64,000 bases of DNA from Pseudomonadota bacterium (GCA_043825855.1 JBDRRJ010000021.1:2938-66937); one strand, 5' to 3'; shown: positions 40,442 to 49,908, counted from the stretch's first letter. Notes: generated by a model from the sequence alone, not told the origin. Translations and numbers: made by a program.

Positions 40442-41236
40442 ATGATAACTGCTGGAGTAGATGTAGGATCATTAACTGGCAAAACTGTTATATTAAAGGA
40501 CAACGAGATATTGGCATGGAATCTCATTCCCACTGGTCCTGATAGTAGCGAAACGGCTGCGGAAGTTTTCGATATGACATTAAAGGAAACAGGGCTTACT
40601 ATGGATGATATTGAATATATCGTATCTACAGGATACGGAAGAGTCGTTGTTCCTTTTTCTAATAAGAACATTACAGAAATTACTTGTCATGCCAAAGGTG
40701 CCAATTGGTTCTTTCCCAGTGTCAGGCTGTTATTGGACATGGGTGGTCAAGACTGTAAGGCAATACGATGCGATGAGACAGGAAAGGTTACAAATTTTGC
40801 AATGAACGATAAATGTGCTGCCGGTGCTGGAAGGTCAATGGAGATTATGTCTGAACTCTTGGATACTCCTCTTGCTGAGATGGGAGCGCTATCCCTTGAC
40901 ATAAAAGACAAACTGGCTTCTCTTAGCAGTACATGTGTTGTTTTTGCCAGAACAGAGGTTTTGGGATACCTCCATGAAGGGGTACACAAAAACGATATAC
41001 TGGCTGGTGCCTGTGAGGCATTGGCAGACAGGGTCTATACTCTTCTGAAAAGGGTAGGTTTTGAAGGTGACTTCGTTATCTCTGGAGGGATTGCCAAGAA
41101 TATCGGGGTGGTGAAAAGGATAGAAGAAAAGGTGGGACTTAAGGCAAACATATGCTTTGAGCCTCAAATAGTAGGAGCCCTTGGGGCAGCGGTTTTTGGC
41201 AGAGAAATCCTTGAAAAAAAGGCGAAGAAGAAATGA
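40442..41236 (+). CDS. ASKHA-type electron-activating ATPase subunit (BcrA/BzdQ-like)
   Basis: GVDVGS, TGYGR, EITCHAKG, DMGGQDCKAIRCD, NDKCAAGAG. Confidence 0.88.
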   Translation: MITAGVDVGSLTGKTVILKDNEILAWNLIPTGPDSSETAAEVFDMTLKETGLTMDDIEYIVSTGYGRVVVPFSNKNITEITCHAKGANWFFPSVRLLLDMGGQDCKAIRCDETGKVTNFAMNDKCAAGAGRSMEIMSELLDTPLAEMGALSLDIKDKLASLSSTCVVFARTEVLGYLHEGVHKNDILAGACEALADRVYTLLKRVGFEGDFVISGGIAKNIGVVKRIEEKVGLKANICFEPQIVGALGAAVFGREILEKKAKKK

Positions 41237-41313
41237 TATAGTTATCTACTCAAGCTTAGCTTAACTTAAAGGATTTCATCCTTCTTCTGTATGAATCAGC
41301 AATTTTTAGACGC

Positions 41314-41351
41314 ACAAACTACCCCTGCAGTTGACTGCAGGGGTAGTTTGT
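41314..41351 (+). terminator. 17-bp perfect hairpin, probable terminator of the reductase operon
   Basis: ACAAACTACCCCTGCAG-ttga-CTGCAGGGGTAGTTTGT followed by TTT. Confidence 0.7.
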
Positions 41352-41556
41352 TTTAACTAGCATAAGATTTCAAAGGAACTTTTTCTAGATCATAAAGCTC
41401 TCGCATTACCTAAGTATTCCTGCAAAAAAACTTCCCGGGCATCAATTCCCCTTAAATCTTGTTTTCTCTTGTCTTTTTCCATTACTCTGCTATAGTAGCC
41501 AAAAATATTATATATTGAACCCTGACGGTAACAGCTGTCTTCCATGTTGATTTTAG

Positions 41557-42996
41557 ATGGGGATATCAGTGAAAGTAACTGAAAAAGATAAAGCCTACTG
41601 GCCAATTGACAATTCCAGTATGGATATCAAGGATATTATTGATGGAATTCCGGTAGGAGTTGCACTTATCTCTCCAGACTTACGCATTCATGCCATTAAC
41701 CGAGCCTTGGAAAGCCTCACCGGTTTTAATAGAAAAGAAGCCTACGGTGTCCCCTGCCGTTATATTATGAGAAACAACCTGTGCCCATCAGGATGTCCTG
41801 CTAAAAAAATTATGGAAAAAGAAGATCAAATCAGTATGGAAGGGGATATCATAAACCTTGCAAGACAGAAAGTGCCGGTCATGATCAATTTTTCGCCATT
41901 AAATGACCATGATGGAAAACTTATCGGTGTTATTGAAACAATAGAAGATATCTCCCTGGTCAGAGAGTTTGATCAAAAGATACAGGACACATCCAGCTAC
42001 CATAACATAATCGGTCACAGCCCTCAGATGGAAGAAATATTCAAAACCTTACAGCTTATTTCCCAAACCGATTCCTCGGTTTTGATAACAGGTGAAACAG
42101 GCACAGGTAAAGACTTAGTAGCTGAGGCAATCCATCTCTCCTCGATGCGGGCCAAAGGACCTTTTATCAAAATAAATTGTGGTGCACTGCCTGAAAACCT
42201 TCTGGAATCTGAATTATTTGGACATAAACGGGGTGCATTTACCGGAGCAGTTGAAGATAAGCAGGGGCGTTTTCGCATGGCCAATAATGGGACTATCTAT
42301 CTGACAGAGATAGGTGATCTTCCTTTATCTCTTCAGGTTAAGCTCCTCACTTTTTTGGATGATAAAGAATTTTACCCGCTTGGCAGCAATAAACCGGTAA
42401 AATCGGATGCCAGAGTTATCGCTGCCACTCATAGGGATTTAAATGAGATGGTAAGACAGGGTACGTTCAGAGAAGACCTTATGTTTAGATTAAAGGTTAT
42501 TCGTATAGAGCTACCCCCTTTGAGGGAAAGGGGAGATGATATAAGGTTGTTAATGAATCATTTCCTGCAGCATTTTTCTAAAAAATTTAACAAGCAGATA
42601 AAAGAATTTTCCTTGAATTCTATCCCAATCATGTTAAATTATACATATCCTGGCAATGTCAGGGAGCTTAGAAACATTGTCGAATTTGCCGTAAATCTAT
42701 GCCAGGAGGAAGTAATTAAACCTGAACATTTGCCATCCTATTTGCATGAATCTATGACTGTGGGGGTGCCCATGTCTGATAAAATAGCAAATACCTCTTC
42801 TAATACATCAACGCCCACTTTGTATAGAGAATACCTTTGTAAAACTGACAGTAACTTTGATTGGGATAAAATTGAGCAGCAGATGATTATTGAAGCTCTT
42901 GCTCAATCCAGGGGCAATCGAACAGAGTCGGCCAAGCTTCTGGGATGGGGGAGGGCAACCTTTTATAGAAAGCTGAAAAAGTATAAGCTTGGATAA
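41557..42996 (+). CDS. PAS-domain sigma54-dependent transcriptional activator
   Basis: PAS, GETGTGKD, ESELFGH, GAFTGA, YPGNVREL, C-terminal Fis-type HTH. Confidence 0.95.
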   Translation: MGISVKVTEKDKAYWPIDNSSMDIKDIIDGIPVGVALISPDLRIHAINRALESLTGFNRKEAYGVPCRYIMRNNLCPSGCPAKKIMEKEDQISMEGDIINLARQKVPVMINFSPLNDHDGKLIGVIETIEDISLVREFDQKIQDTSSYHNIIGHSPQMEEIFKTLQLISQTDSSVLITGETGTGKDLVAEAIHLSSMRAKGPFIKINCGALPENLLESELFGHKRGAFTGAVEDKQGRFRMANNGTIYLTEIGDLPLSLQVKLLTFLDDKEFYPLGSNKPVKSDARVIAATHRDLNEMVRQGTFREDLMFRLKVIRIELPPLRERGDDIRLLMNHFLQHFSKKFNKQIKEFSLNSIPIMLNYTYPGNVRELRNIVEFAVNLCQEEVIKPEHLPSYLHESMTVGVPMSDKIANTSSNTSTPTLYREYLCKTDSNFDWDKIEQQMIIEALAQSRGNRTESAKLLGWGRATFYRKLKKYKLG

Positions 42997-43034
42997 AGAA
43001 TGTACTCTAAGGCAGTCTTGGTAAACAGATAAAA

Positions 43035-43385
43035 ATGATGGAAAAAATCCTCATAACCATCTATGAAGAAGATGTTGCACCCCGTTTTGATCTTTCCTCC
43101 GTAGTATTCATCGCCTCTTTGAATGATAAAAGAGAGATAATCGAAAGAAAAACTATTGTATTGACTTCTACCTCTCCGGAAGAATTATGCCATATGATTC
43201 TCTCACAGGGGGTAACCCATCTTATATGCGGCGGGATCGAAGATGAGTTCTATCAATATCTAAACTGGAAGAAGGTAGGTATTATGGATTCAGTAATCGG
43301 TCCTTATGAAAAGGTTTTGGATCTATTTTTAAAGGGTAGGCTGGAGCAGGGAACCAATCTTATGTTTCAAGAAACTAAGAGGTAA
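43035..43385 (+). CDS. NifB/NifX-family (FeMo-cofactor-binding fold) protein
   Basis: VAPRFD, LICGGI. Confidence 0.8.
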   Translation: MMEKILITIYEEDVAPRFDLSSVVFIASLNDKREIIERKTIVLTSTSPEELCHMILSQGVTHLICGGIEDEFYQYLNWKKVGIMDSVIGPYEKVLDLFLKGRLEQGTNLMFQETKR

Positions 43386-43391
43386 AGGTTT

Positions 43392-45146
43392 ATGGCTGGA
43401 ATTAAAGAATGGTTTTGCAAGTGGACAAAAATAGGGACGCCTGATTCTCTTTATGATGATGAACCACCCCAAAAGCATTATGACAGGTTGCGTAGAATCC
43501 TGATGGTAATTATTCTCTCTATGGCAATAACACCGATGATATTAATGGCTATCATAAATTATCAACAATACAGGAGTGCCATAAGGGAGGAAACGATTAA
43601 ACCCATCCAGAGTCTGTTAAACAATCTTAAGCATGTTCTCGACATATTTCTTGCGGAGAGAAAGTCTTCTCTTAATCTAATAGCCAACTCTTACGATTTT
43701 GAAGAAATCAATGATCAGACAAAGTTAAGCAAGATATTTACGGTTCTCCGAGAAGAGTTCAAGGAATTTGTGGATATAGGTGTCATAGACTCTTCCGGGG
43801 TTCAAAGAACATATGTTGGCCCATATAACCTGAGGGGTAAAGATTACAAGGACCAGAGCTGGTTTAAAGAGGTTATGGTTCGTAATGAATATATAAGTGA
43901 TGTTTTTATGGGTTACAGAAGATTTCCTCATTTTGTCATAGCGGTTAAGAGAGACCTTCACAATGGAGAATTCTGGGTTATCCGAGCTACGATTGATACA
44001 GCAAAATTTAATCGTATTATCTCATCCATGGAATTAGAACCTAAAAATGATCTGTTTTTAATTAACCAGGATGGAATTCTGCAAACACCTTCCAGATACT
44101 ATGGAAAAGTTCTGGATAAGTATCCTTTGTCGATGCCAGGTCTAACGAATGTTTCCGGTGCTGTTATCCAGGAAACATCTGTTTCTGGACGATATCGGAC
44201 CTTAATAGGGTATGTTTCCCTCGATATAAAACCTTTTGTCCTGATCTTTATCAAAAAACCTGGGGAGATCTCGAAGACATGGTTTGCCGTAAAGAGCGAG
44301 TTGTTCTGGGTTCTTTTTTTTAGTTGTATTTTGATTGTTGGGGTCACTTACGGAATAGTAAAAACCCTCGTAAGGCACATTCAGGAATCGGATGAACGCA
44401 GGGGAACCGCCCTTCGTGAAGCACAATACGCTAATAAGCTGGCATCTGTTGGAAGATTGGCTGCGGGTGTTTCTCACGAGATCAATAACCCTCTGGCTAT
44501 AATTAACGAAAAAGCGGGTTTAATGAAAGACATTATCGAGCGTAATGAGAATTTCCCTGAAAGTGAGAAGTTCCTCGGATTAATAAGTTCAATTCACAGA
44601 TCTGTGGATAGGTCCCGTGTAATTACGCATCGACTTCTCAGCTTTGCCAAAAGGATGGATATAAATCTGGAAGATGTCGACCTAGAGGATCTGATCAAAG
44701 AGGTTATCGGTTTTCTTGAAAGAGAAGCCTTGTACAGGAATATAGATTTGAAATTAAATTTTGATCCAAAACTTCCGAAGATAATAAGCGATAAGGGGCA
44801 GCTTCAGCAAGTATTTCTCAATATAATTACTAATGCCTTTGAAGCTGTAGATAAAGGTGGGACGGTTAATGTAATAACTTCGGTTAAGGATAAGGGCAAT
44901 GTACAGGTTACTGTTAATGATAACGGTCAAGGTATCCCCCAGGAATACCTTCCCCATATATTTGAACCATTTTTTACCACAAAGAAGAAATACGGAACAG
45001 GTTTGGGTTTGTCCATAACTTACGGAATTGTAAAGAAACTTGGAGGGGACCTTACTGTGCAAAGTAAGGAGGGAGAAGGGACTACTTTTAATGTAATTAT
45101 CCCGATAAAGAGTAACCCATATTTGGAAGAGGGTAGTCATGTCTAA
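43392..45146 (+). CDS. Cache-domain sensor histidine kinase
   Basis: 2 TM, YISDVF.G.R..PHF, HEINNPL, DNGQGI, FFTTK, GTGLGL. Confidence 0.95.
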   Translation: MAGIKEWFCKWTKIGTPDSLYDDEPPQKHYDRLRRILMVIILSMAITPMILMAIINYQQYRSAIREETIKPIQSLLNNLKHVLDIFLAERKSSLNLIANSYDFEEINDQTKLSKIFTVLREEFKEFVDIGVIDSSGVQRTYVGPYNLRGKDYKDQSWFKEVMVRNEYISDVFMGYRRFPHFVIAVKRDLHNGEFWVIRATIDTAKFNRIISSMELEPKNDLFLINQDGILQTPSRYYGKVLDKYPLSMPGLTNVSGAVIQETSVSGRYRTLIGYVSLDIKPFVLIFIKKPGEISKTWFAVKSELFWVLFFSCILIVGVTYGIVKTLVRHIQESDERRGTALREAQYANKLASVGRLAAGVSHEINNPLAIINEKAGLMKDIIERNENFPESEKFLGLISSIHRSVDRSRVITHRLLSFAKRMDINLEDVDLEDLIKEVIGFLEREALYRNIDLKLNFDPKLPKIISDKGQLQQVFLNIITNAFEAVDKGGTVNVITSVKDKGNVQVTVNDNGQGIPQEYLPHIFEPFFTTKKKYGTGLGLSITYGIVKKLGGDLTVQSKEGEGTTFNVIIPIKSNPYLEEGSHV

Positions 45147-45507
45147 ACTAAAAGTACTGCTTGTTGATGACGAAGAAGAGTTTGTAATTACACTGTCGGA
45201 AAGGCTCAGTTTAAGAGACATTGAAACTGAGGTAGCGTACAACGGTGAAAATGCCTTGGCTAAAATTAATCAATTAAAACCGGATATTGTTATCTTGGAT
45301 GTTATGATGCCGGGATTAAGCGGCCTTGATGTTCTCAAACATATCAAAGAGATATTGCCTAATATACCTGTTATTCTTCTTACAGGACGTGGTTCTACCA
45401 GAGAAGGGATCGAAGGCATGAAACAAGGTGCTTTCGATTACTTGATGAAGCCTGTAGATATCGAAGATTTAATAAAGAAGATGAGTGAAGCTATAAAAGG
45501 TAGGTAA
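45139..45507 (+). CDS. single-domain response regulator
   Basis: LLVDDE, VILDVMMP, LLTG, DYLMKP. Confidence 0.95.
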   Translation: MSKLKVLLVDDEEEFVITLSERLSLRDIETEVAYNGENALAKINQLKPDIVILDVMMPGLSGLDVLKHIKEILPNIPVILLTGRGSTREGIEGMKQGAFDYLMKPVDIEDLIKKMSEAIKGR

Positions 45508-45534
45508 TATTGAGCTGAACAAAGGTTTAGCATT

Positions 45535-46233
45535 ATGAATAGAACAGATGACGAACTTCTTAAAATTAAAGAGATTGCTTTTATCGGTAAGGTAACCGCC
45601 AGCATTTCTCATGAGATTAAGAATGTATTGGCTACTATCAATGAGTTATCAGGGCTAGTTGGTGATCTTTTAAATAAAGGTGATCAAAACACCCCACCCA
45701 ATTTCACCAGAGTTGCTCAACTCAATATCAATACTCAGGAACAGGTCAAAAGGGGCGCAGAGATAGTCAAGCGTCTAAATAGATTTGCACATAGTATGGA
45801 CGAGAATGCGTCTTATTCTGACTTAAATGATATTGTCATTCTAACAGCAGATGTCGCAAAAAGATTGGCCAGGTTAAAAGGGGTAAGTTTGGAAGTTATA
45901 CCTACAAATAAACCAATAATAGATCTAAATAGTTATCCATTCAAAATAGAACAGATACTTTTTGGTTGCATAGAATATTTGCTGAATATATCAGAGAAAA
46001 AAAGTCTAATAACCATCGCTGTTAAACAGAATGAGGTTGATAGTTCCATAACCATCTCAGATGATTCTTCGAATGCAAACCCTTCTTTTGGCTGCGATGT
46101 AACAGAGGAAACGAGCGATTTACAGATAGTATTTCTTAAAACACTGATGAACGAAATCGGAGGTTCTGTAAATTTTACTCAATCTCAATCCGGCAATACA
46201 ATCATATTATCCATCCCCCTTAAACCTCCTTAA
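45535..46233 (+). CDS. sensor-less histidine-kinase-like protein with degenerate ATPase domain
   Basis: ISHEIKNVL H-box; no recognisable N, G1, F or G2 boxes. Confidence 0.75.
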   Translation: MNRTDDELLKIKEIAFIGKVTASISHEIKNVLATINELSGLVGDLLNKGDQNTPPNFTRVAQLNINTQEQVKRGAEIVKRLNRFAHSMDENASYSDLNDIVILTADVAKRLARLKGVSLEVIPTNKPIIDLNSYPFKIEQILFGCIEYLLNISEKKSLITIAVKQNEVDSSITISDDSSNANPSFGCDVTEETSDLQIVFLKTLMNEIGGSVNFTQSQSGNTIILSIPLKPP

Positions 46234-46242
46234 AAAAGACCT

Positions 46243-46289
46243 TGTATCATTTTTACCCGCCTCTGTCTCATATAGTATCATTTTGATAC
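46243..46289. promoter_or_regulatory. putative enhancer (UAS) for sigma54 activator
   Basis: Palindrome GTATCA-ttt-TGATAC (46275-46289) plus related half-sites TGTATCA (46243) and TGTCTCA (46264). Confidence 0.65.
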
Positions 46290-46355
46290 GCATGTTCGCC
46301 ACCTCAAACGTCTTATAATGTATTATATTGATACTCTGCCTGACTACAACTTCAT

Positions 46356-46368
46356 TAACTCATTGATT
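46356..46368 (-). promoter_or_regulatory. IHF binding site
   Basis: AATCAAtgagTTA on minus strand matches WATCAANNNNTTR, lying between the UAS and the promoter. Confidence 0.65.
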
Positions 46369-46387
46369 ATTGGTGTTATTTTTGTTA

Positions 46388-46403
46388 TGGCATGCATTTT
46401 GCT
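46388..46403 (+). promoter_or_regulatory. sigma54 (-24/-12) promoter
   Basis: TGGCATGCATTTTGCT, GG-N10-GC. Confidence 0.85.
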
Positions 46404-46455
46404 CTTATAAAAGATAAACGACATCAACAAAAGCCAAAAACAAAAGGGGGTAATT

Positions 46456-46740
46456 ATGAGAAACATTAAGGAAAAAATTGAAGATTGGTTTGCGGCAGTG
46501 GCCTTTGCCGAAGCCGGTGAAGAAAAAACAGCGTTACAAATAGCGGATTTACAAAGAAGGTCTCAAAAAAAACTCTCATTTGACAATTTGATGGCAGCTG
46601 TTACCTTTGCTGAAGCTGGATTACACGAAGAAGCATTAGCATTTGCGGGAAAAACCGAACGCACAAATAGCAGCAAACCCCTAACCATCGTCCTCCCTGG
46701 AGTGAAGGTATGGTACGGCACTGCTACAGTAACCTGCTAA
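46456..46740 (+). CDS. hypothetical protein with two FAEAG repeats
   Basis: AAVAFAEAGEEKTA and AAVTFAEAGLHEEA; RBS GGGGG. Confidence 0.85.
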   Translation: MRNIKEKIEDWFAAVAFAEAGEEKTALQIADLQRRSQKKLSFDNLMAAVTFAEAGLHEEALAFAGKTERTNSSKPLTIVLPGVKVWYGTATVTC

Positions 46741-46825
46741 TAACAGAGAACAGGTATAAGTTTGCGCGCATTCTTAACTGTCTTATCGGCAAGGCCTATT
46801 TTGCTCCTATGGGAGAAGTGGTTAA

Positions 46826-47323
46826 TTGAAAATTATGTTTGTGGGAAATAACACCGCGTTTATGGAGAACCTCTCTGAAAAGATAAAAGGTAGTGGTGGA
46901 TTAAAGGTATTTATCTCAAATAGTGCAAAAGAAGCTGTTAGCACAGCAATAAAGAAGAAGATTGATGTTGTTGTTCTCAACATGAAAGAACTTCAAATGA
47001 GTGGAATTCAAACCCTTTCTCATATCAAAAAGGCCCGTCCCTTAACAGAAGTGATTATGCTTACAAGCCCCTCCATTATTCATTTATCTATAGAAGGTAT
47101 GAAACTCGGTGCATTCAATGACCTCCTTTTGCCTCCAGACATAGATGACCTTAAAAGAATGATCATAGAGGCAGGTATAAGGAAAAAGGAGAAAGAAGCT
47201 GAGGAGAAAACTAAAAAGAAAAGAAGTATAATTAATACCCTCGATAATATCGCCGTATCAGCCACTTACGCCGAGGCAGGACAATTTGAAACTGCCATTG
47301 AAATCTTAAAAAAGGAGAAATAA
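46826..47323 (+). CDS. pseudo-receiver protein with C-terminal YAEAG motif
   Basis: Receiver fold with DD->GN and D->N (VVVLN); tail SATYAEAGQFETA. Confidence 0.8.
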   Translation: MKIMFVGNNTAFMENLSEKIKGSGGLKVFISNSAKEAVSTAIKKKIDVVVLNMKELQMSGIQTLSHIKKARPLTEVIMLTSPSIIHLSIEGMKLGAFNDLLLPPDIDDLKRMIIEAGIRKKEKEAEEKTKKKRSIINTLDNIAVSATYAEAGQFETAIEILKKEK

Positions 47324-47324
47324 A

Positions 47325-47774
47325 ATGAAGAGAAAAATGAAGGTCCTTTTGGTGGATGACGAAGAAGAATTTGTTAAGGCCCTCGCTGAAAGACTTGAAA
47401 TGAGAGATCTTAGTTCAGACATTGTTTATGACGGAGAAGGGGCTTTGAGTTATGTCGAAAATCAGGAACCGGATGTTATGGTTCTTGATTTTAAGATGCC
47501 CGGGATTGATGGTATGGAAGTTCTTAAAAAAGTTAAAGAGGCATATCCCAATATCGAGGTTATAATGTTAACAGGGCATGGAACCAAGAAGGATGAAGAA
47601 GAGGCCAGAAGGCTGGGGATATTTGATTATATGGAGAAACCTGTTGATATTGATAGTCTGGTCAAGAGGATGAAAGACGCCTTCAGAAGAAAACTCGATA
47701 AGTATGCTACCGCTGCGACCTTTGCAGAGGCAGGAGAGGTCGAAGAGGCGAAAAAGATATACGACGATAAATAA
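47325..47774 (+). CDS. response regulator with C-terminal FAEAG motif
   Basis: LLVDDE, VLDFKMP, KP; tail AATFAEAGEVEEA. Confidence 0.93.
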   Translation: MKRKMKVLLVDDEEEFVKALAERLEMRDLSSDIVYDGEGALSYVENQEPDVMVLDFKMPGIDGMEVLKKVKEAYPNIEVIMLTGHGTKKDEEEARRLGIFDYMEKPVDIDSLVKRMKDAFRRKLDKYATAATFAEAGEVEEAKKIYDDK

Positions 47775-47809
47775 CCGTTTAATTATTATTGTGCCGTAAG
47801 GAGTGGATA

Positions 47810-48364
47810 ATGAAAGAAATAAGGGTTAAAGATATAATGGTGCATCTGGAGGAGTATGCAACAGTGCATGAGGATAGCTCTCTGGCCGAAGCTGTTTATG
47901 CCCTGGAGAAGGCGCAAGAGGAATTTGACGTTTCACGTTATAAGCATCGCGCTATCCTGGTATATGATAATAATAAAAAGATAGTCGGGAAATTAAGCCA
48001 ATGGGATGTTATTAAAAACCTTGAACCGAAATACGATACCTTTGGGGACTTGAGAAAAGTGTCCCGTTCAGGATTCAGCCCCGGATTTATTAAATCTATG
48101 ATAGAAAAAAACAATTTGTGGATGGATGACCTGGATACTGTATGCCACAGAGTTGCCAAAATGAAAGTCAAAGATGCTATGTATATACCTACAGAAGGTG
48201 AAAAGATAGAAGAGGATGCACCATTCAGTGAAGCGTTGCATAGCTTCATCATCGGTCATCACCAGTCTCTTCTTGTAACCAGGAGAGAAAAGATTGTTGG
48301 TATTTTACGTCTGGTAGACGTGTTCAAACTGGTCTGTGAAAGGATAAAGACTTGCGGAAGTTGA
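47810..48364 (+). CDS. CBS-domain protein
   Basis: VKDIMV...HRAILVYD...IVGKLS, VKDAM...SLLV...IVGILR. Confidence 0.85.
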   Translation: MKEIRVKDIMVHLEEYATVHEDSSLAEAVYALEKAQEEFDVSRYKHRAILVYDNNKKIVGKLSQWDVIKNLEPKYDTFGDLRKVSRSGFSPGFIKSMIEKNNLWMDDLDTVCHRVAKMKVKDAMYIPTEGEKIEEDAPFSEALHSFIIGHHQSLLVTRREKIVGILRLVDVFKLVCERIKTCGS

Positions 48365-48408
48365 TAGAATAGCGGATATACTTTGAAGGTATAGCGGAGG
48401 TAGATAGT

Positions 48409-49908
48409 ATGAAAGAAAAAGTGGGTAGGGATATACCGGAAGAGATTGTTGCTTCAGTTCCCAAACCAGAGTTTAACTGGAAAAAGTGGATATTTGTCTT
48501 TCTAGGGATTGCTATTTTCCTTGTTATTTATTTTATGCCATCGTGGCCAGACGCTGTAGACCCGTCTGGTAAGACATTTTCCCTATCAAGAGAGGGGAAG
48601 ACATCAATTGCTTTGTTTTTGCTGGCTGGTATCTGGTGGGTATTTGAGGTTATGCCTATAGGTATAACGAGTATTACTATAGGTGTTGTTCAGGCTATCT
48701 TTGCTATACGACCAGCAAAAGAGGCATTCAAAGACTTTATGGATCCATCTGTCATGTTCATATTCGGTTCAATAGTCATTGGATTGGCATTTACAAAAAC
48801 AGGCATGACAAAGCGGATAGCCTACAAAATGCTGGAGGTGGTTGGTGAGAGAACAAGCATGATTCTGCTTGGTGCCCTTGTAATAACAGCAGGACTTGCC
48901 CATTTTATGGCACATACAGCAGCCGCAGCAACTGTATTTCCGATACTAATAGCTATTCATACCCTTTATGGAGAGGAAGAAGGGCAGACAAAATTTGGGA
49001 AAGCTCTTTTCATTGGAATGGCTTATGCCGCAGGGGCTGGGAGTATTGTAACAATCCTTGGCGCTGCCCGTGCACCTGCTGCGTTAGGTATGTTTAGGGA
49101 ATTTACCGGAACAAATATAAGCTTTTTTGAACTATCAAAATACATGTTTTTAGTAGGATGGATCATGGTATTTTTTATCTGGGTATTACTAATGATATTT
49201 TTGAGGCCGGAAAAAAAGGTAATTCCCGGTCTGAGGGATAGAGTAAAGAAACTCTCGAGAGAACTTGGTCCAATTAGAAAGGATGAAAAATTCGTTATCT
49301 TATGTGTATTAGGCGTGGTTGTCACCATGTCTTTACAATCTTTTGTGCCTGCATTAGAAGGGATTAATAGGGCAGCCATCGTTCTTGCATCTACTATTAT
49401 CTTTTTCTTGGTAGGAGTACTTACCTTAGAAGATCTTGAAGATATACCATGGAATATTATTCTGCTCTTTGGCGGTGCAATGAGTATCGGTTTCTGCCTA
49501 TGGCAAACTGGTGCTGCTCAGTGGATGGCTATTGAATGGCTTGCAATGTTTGAGAAGACGCACTGGCTGGTCTTTGTTTTGAGTATAGCCTTTTTGGTAA
49601 TGATTTTAACCAACTTCATTATGAATGTTGCGGCTATTGCAATAGCTCTTCCAGTTGCTCTTGTGGTGGCTAAATACCTTGGCATAGCGCCTGAACCGGT
49701 TTTGTATGCTTCACTTGTAACAGCAGGGATGCCTTTCTTGTTCTTAATAGGTGCTGCACCAAATGCCATAGCATATGAATCGAGACAGTTTAGTACTGGA
49801 GAATTTTTTAAGCATGGTTTGATGCCAAGTTTAGTCCTTATGACTGTTGTGGCAGTTGCTCTTTTGATAGTCTGGCCGATGTTGGGGATGCCTATTTTGA
49901 TTAAGTAA
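48409..49908 (+). CDS. SLC13/DASS family anion permease
   Basis: ~13 hydrophobic segments, IPWNIILLFGG, GAAPNAIAY. Confidence 0.9.
   Translation: MKEKVGRDIPEEIVASVPKPEFNWKKWIFVFLGIAIFLVIYFMPSWPDAVDPSGKTFSLSREGKTSIALFLLAGIWWVFEVMPIGITSITIGVVQAIFAIRPAKEAFKDFMDPSVMFIFGSIVIGLAFTKTGMTKRIAYKMLEVVGERTSMILLGALVITAGLAHFMAHTAAAATVFPILIAIHTLYGEEEGQTKFGKALFIGMAYAAGAGSIVTILGAARAPAALGMFREFTGTNISFFELSKYMFLVGWIMVFFIWVLLMIFLRPEKKVIPGLRDRVKKLSRELGPIRKDEKFVILCVLGVVVTMSLQSFVPALEGINRAAIVLASTIIFFLVGVLTLEDLEDIPWNIILLFGGAMSIGFCLWQTGAAQWMAIEWLAMFEKTHWLVFVLSIAFLVMILTNFIMNVAAIAIALPVALVVAKYLGIAPEPVLYASLVTAGMPFLFLIGAAPNAIAYESRQFSTGEFFKHGLMPSLVLMTVVAVALLIVWPMLGMPILIK

Noticed and set aside
41314-41351. 17-bp hairpin as an IS200/IS605 end or CRISPR repeat
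   Set aside because: Single copy, no transposase or spacers; position after an operon with a T-tract fits a terminator
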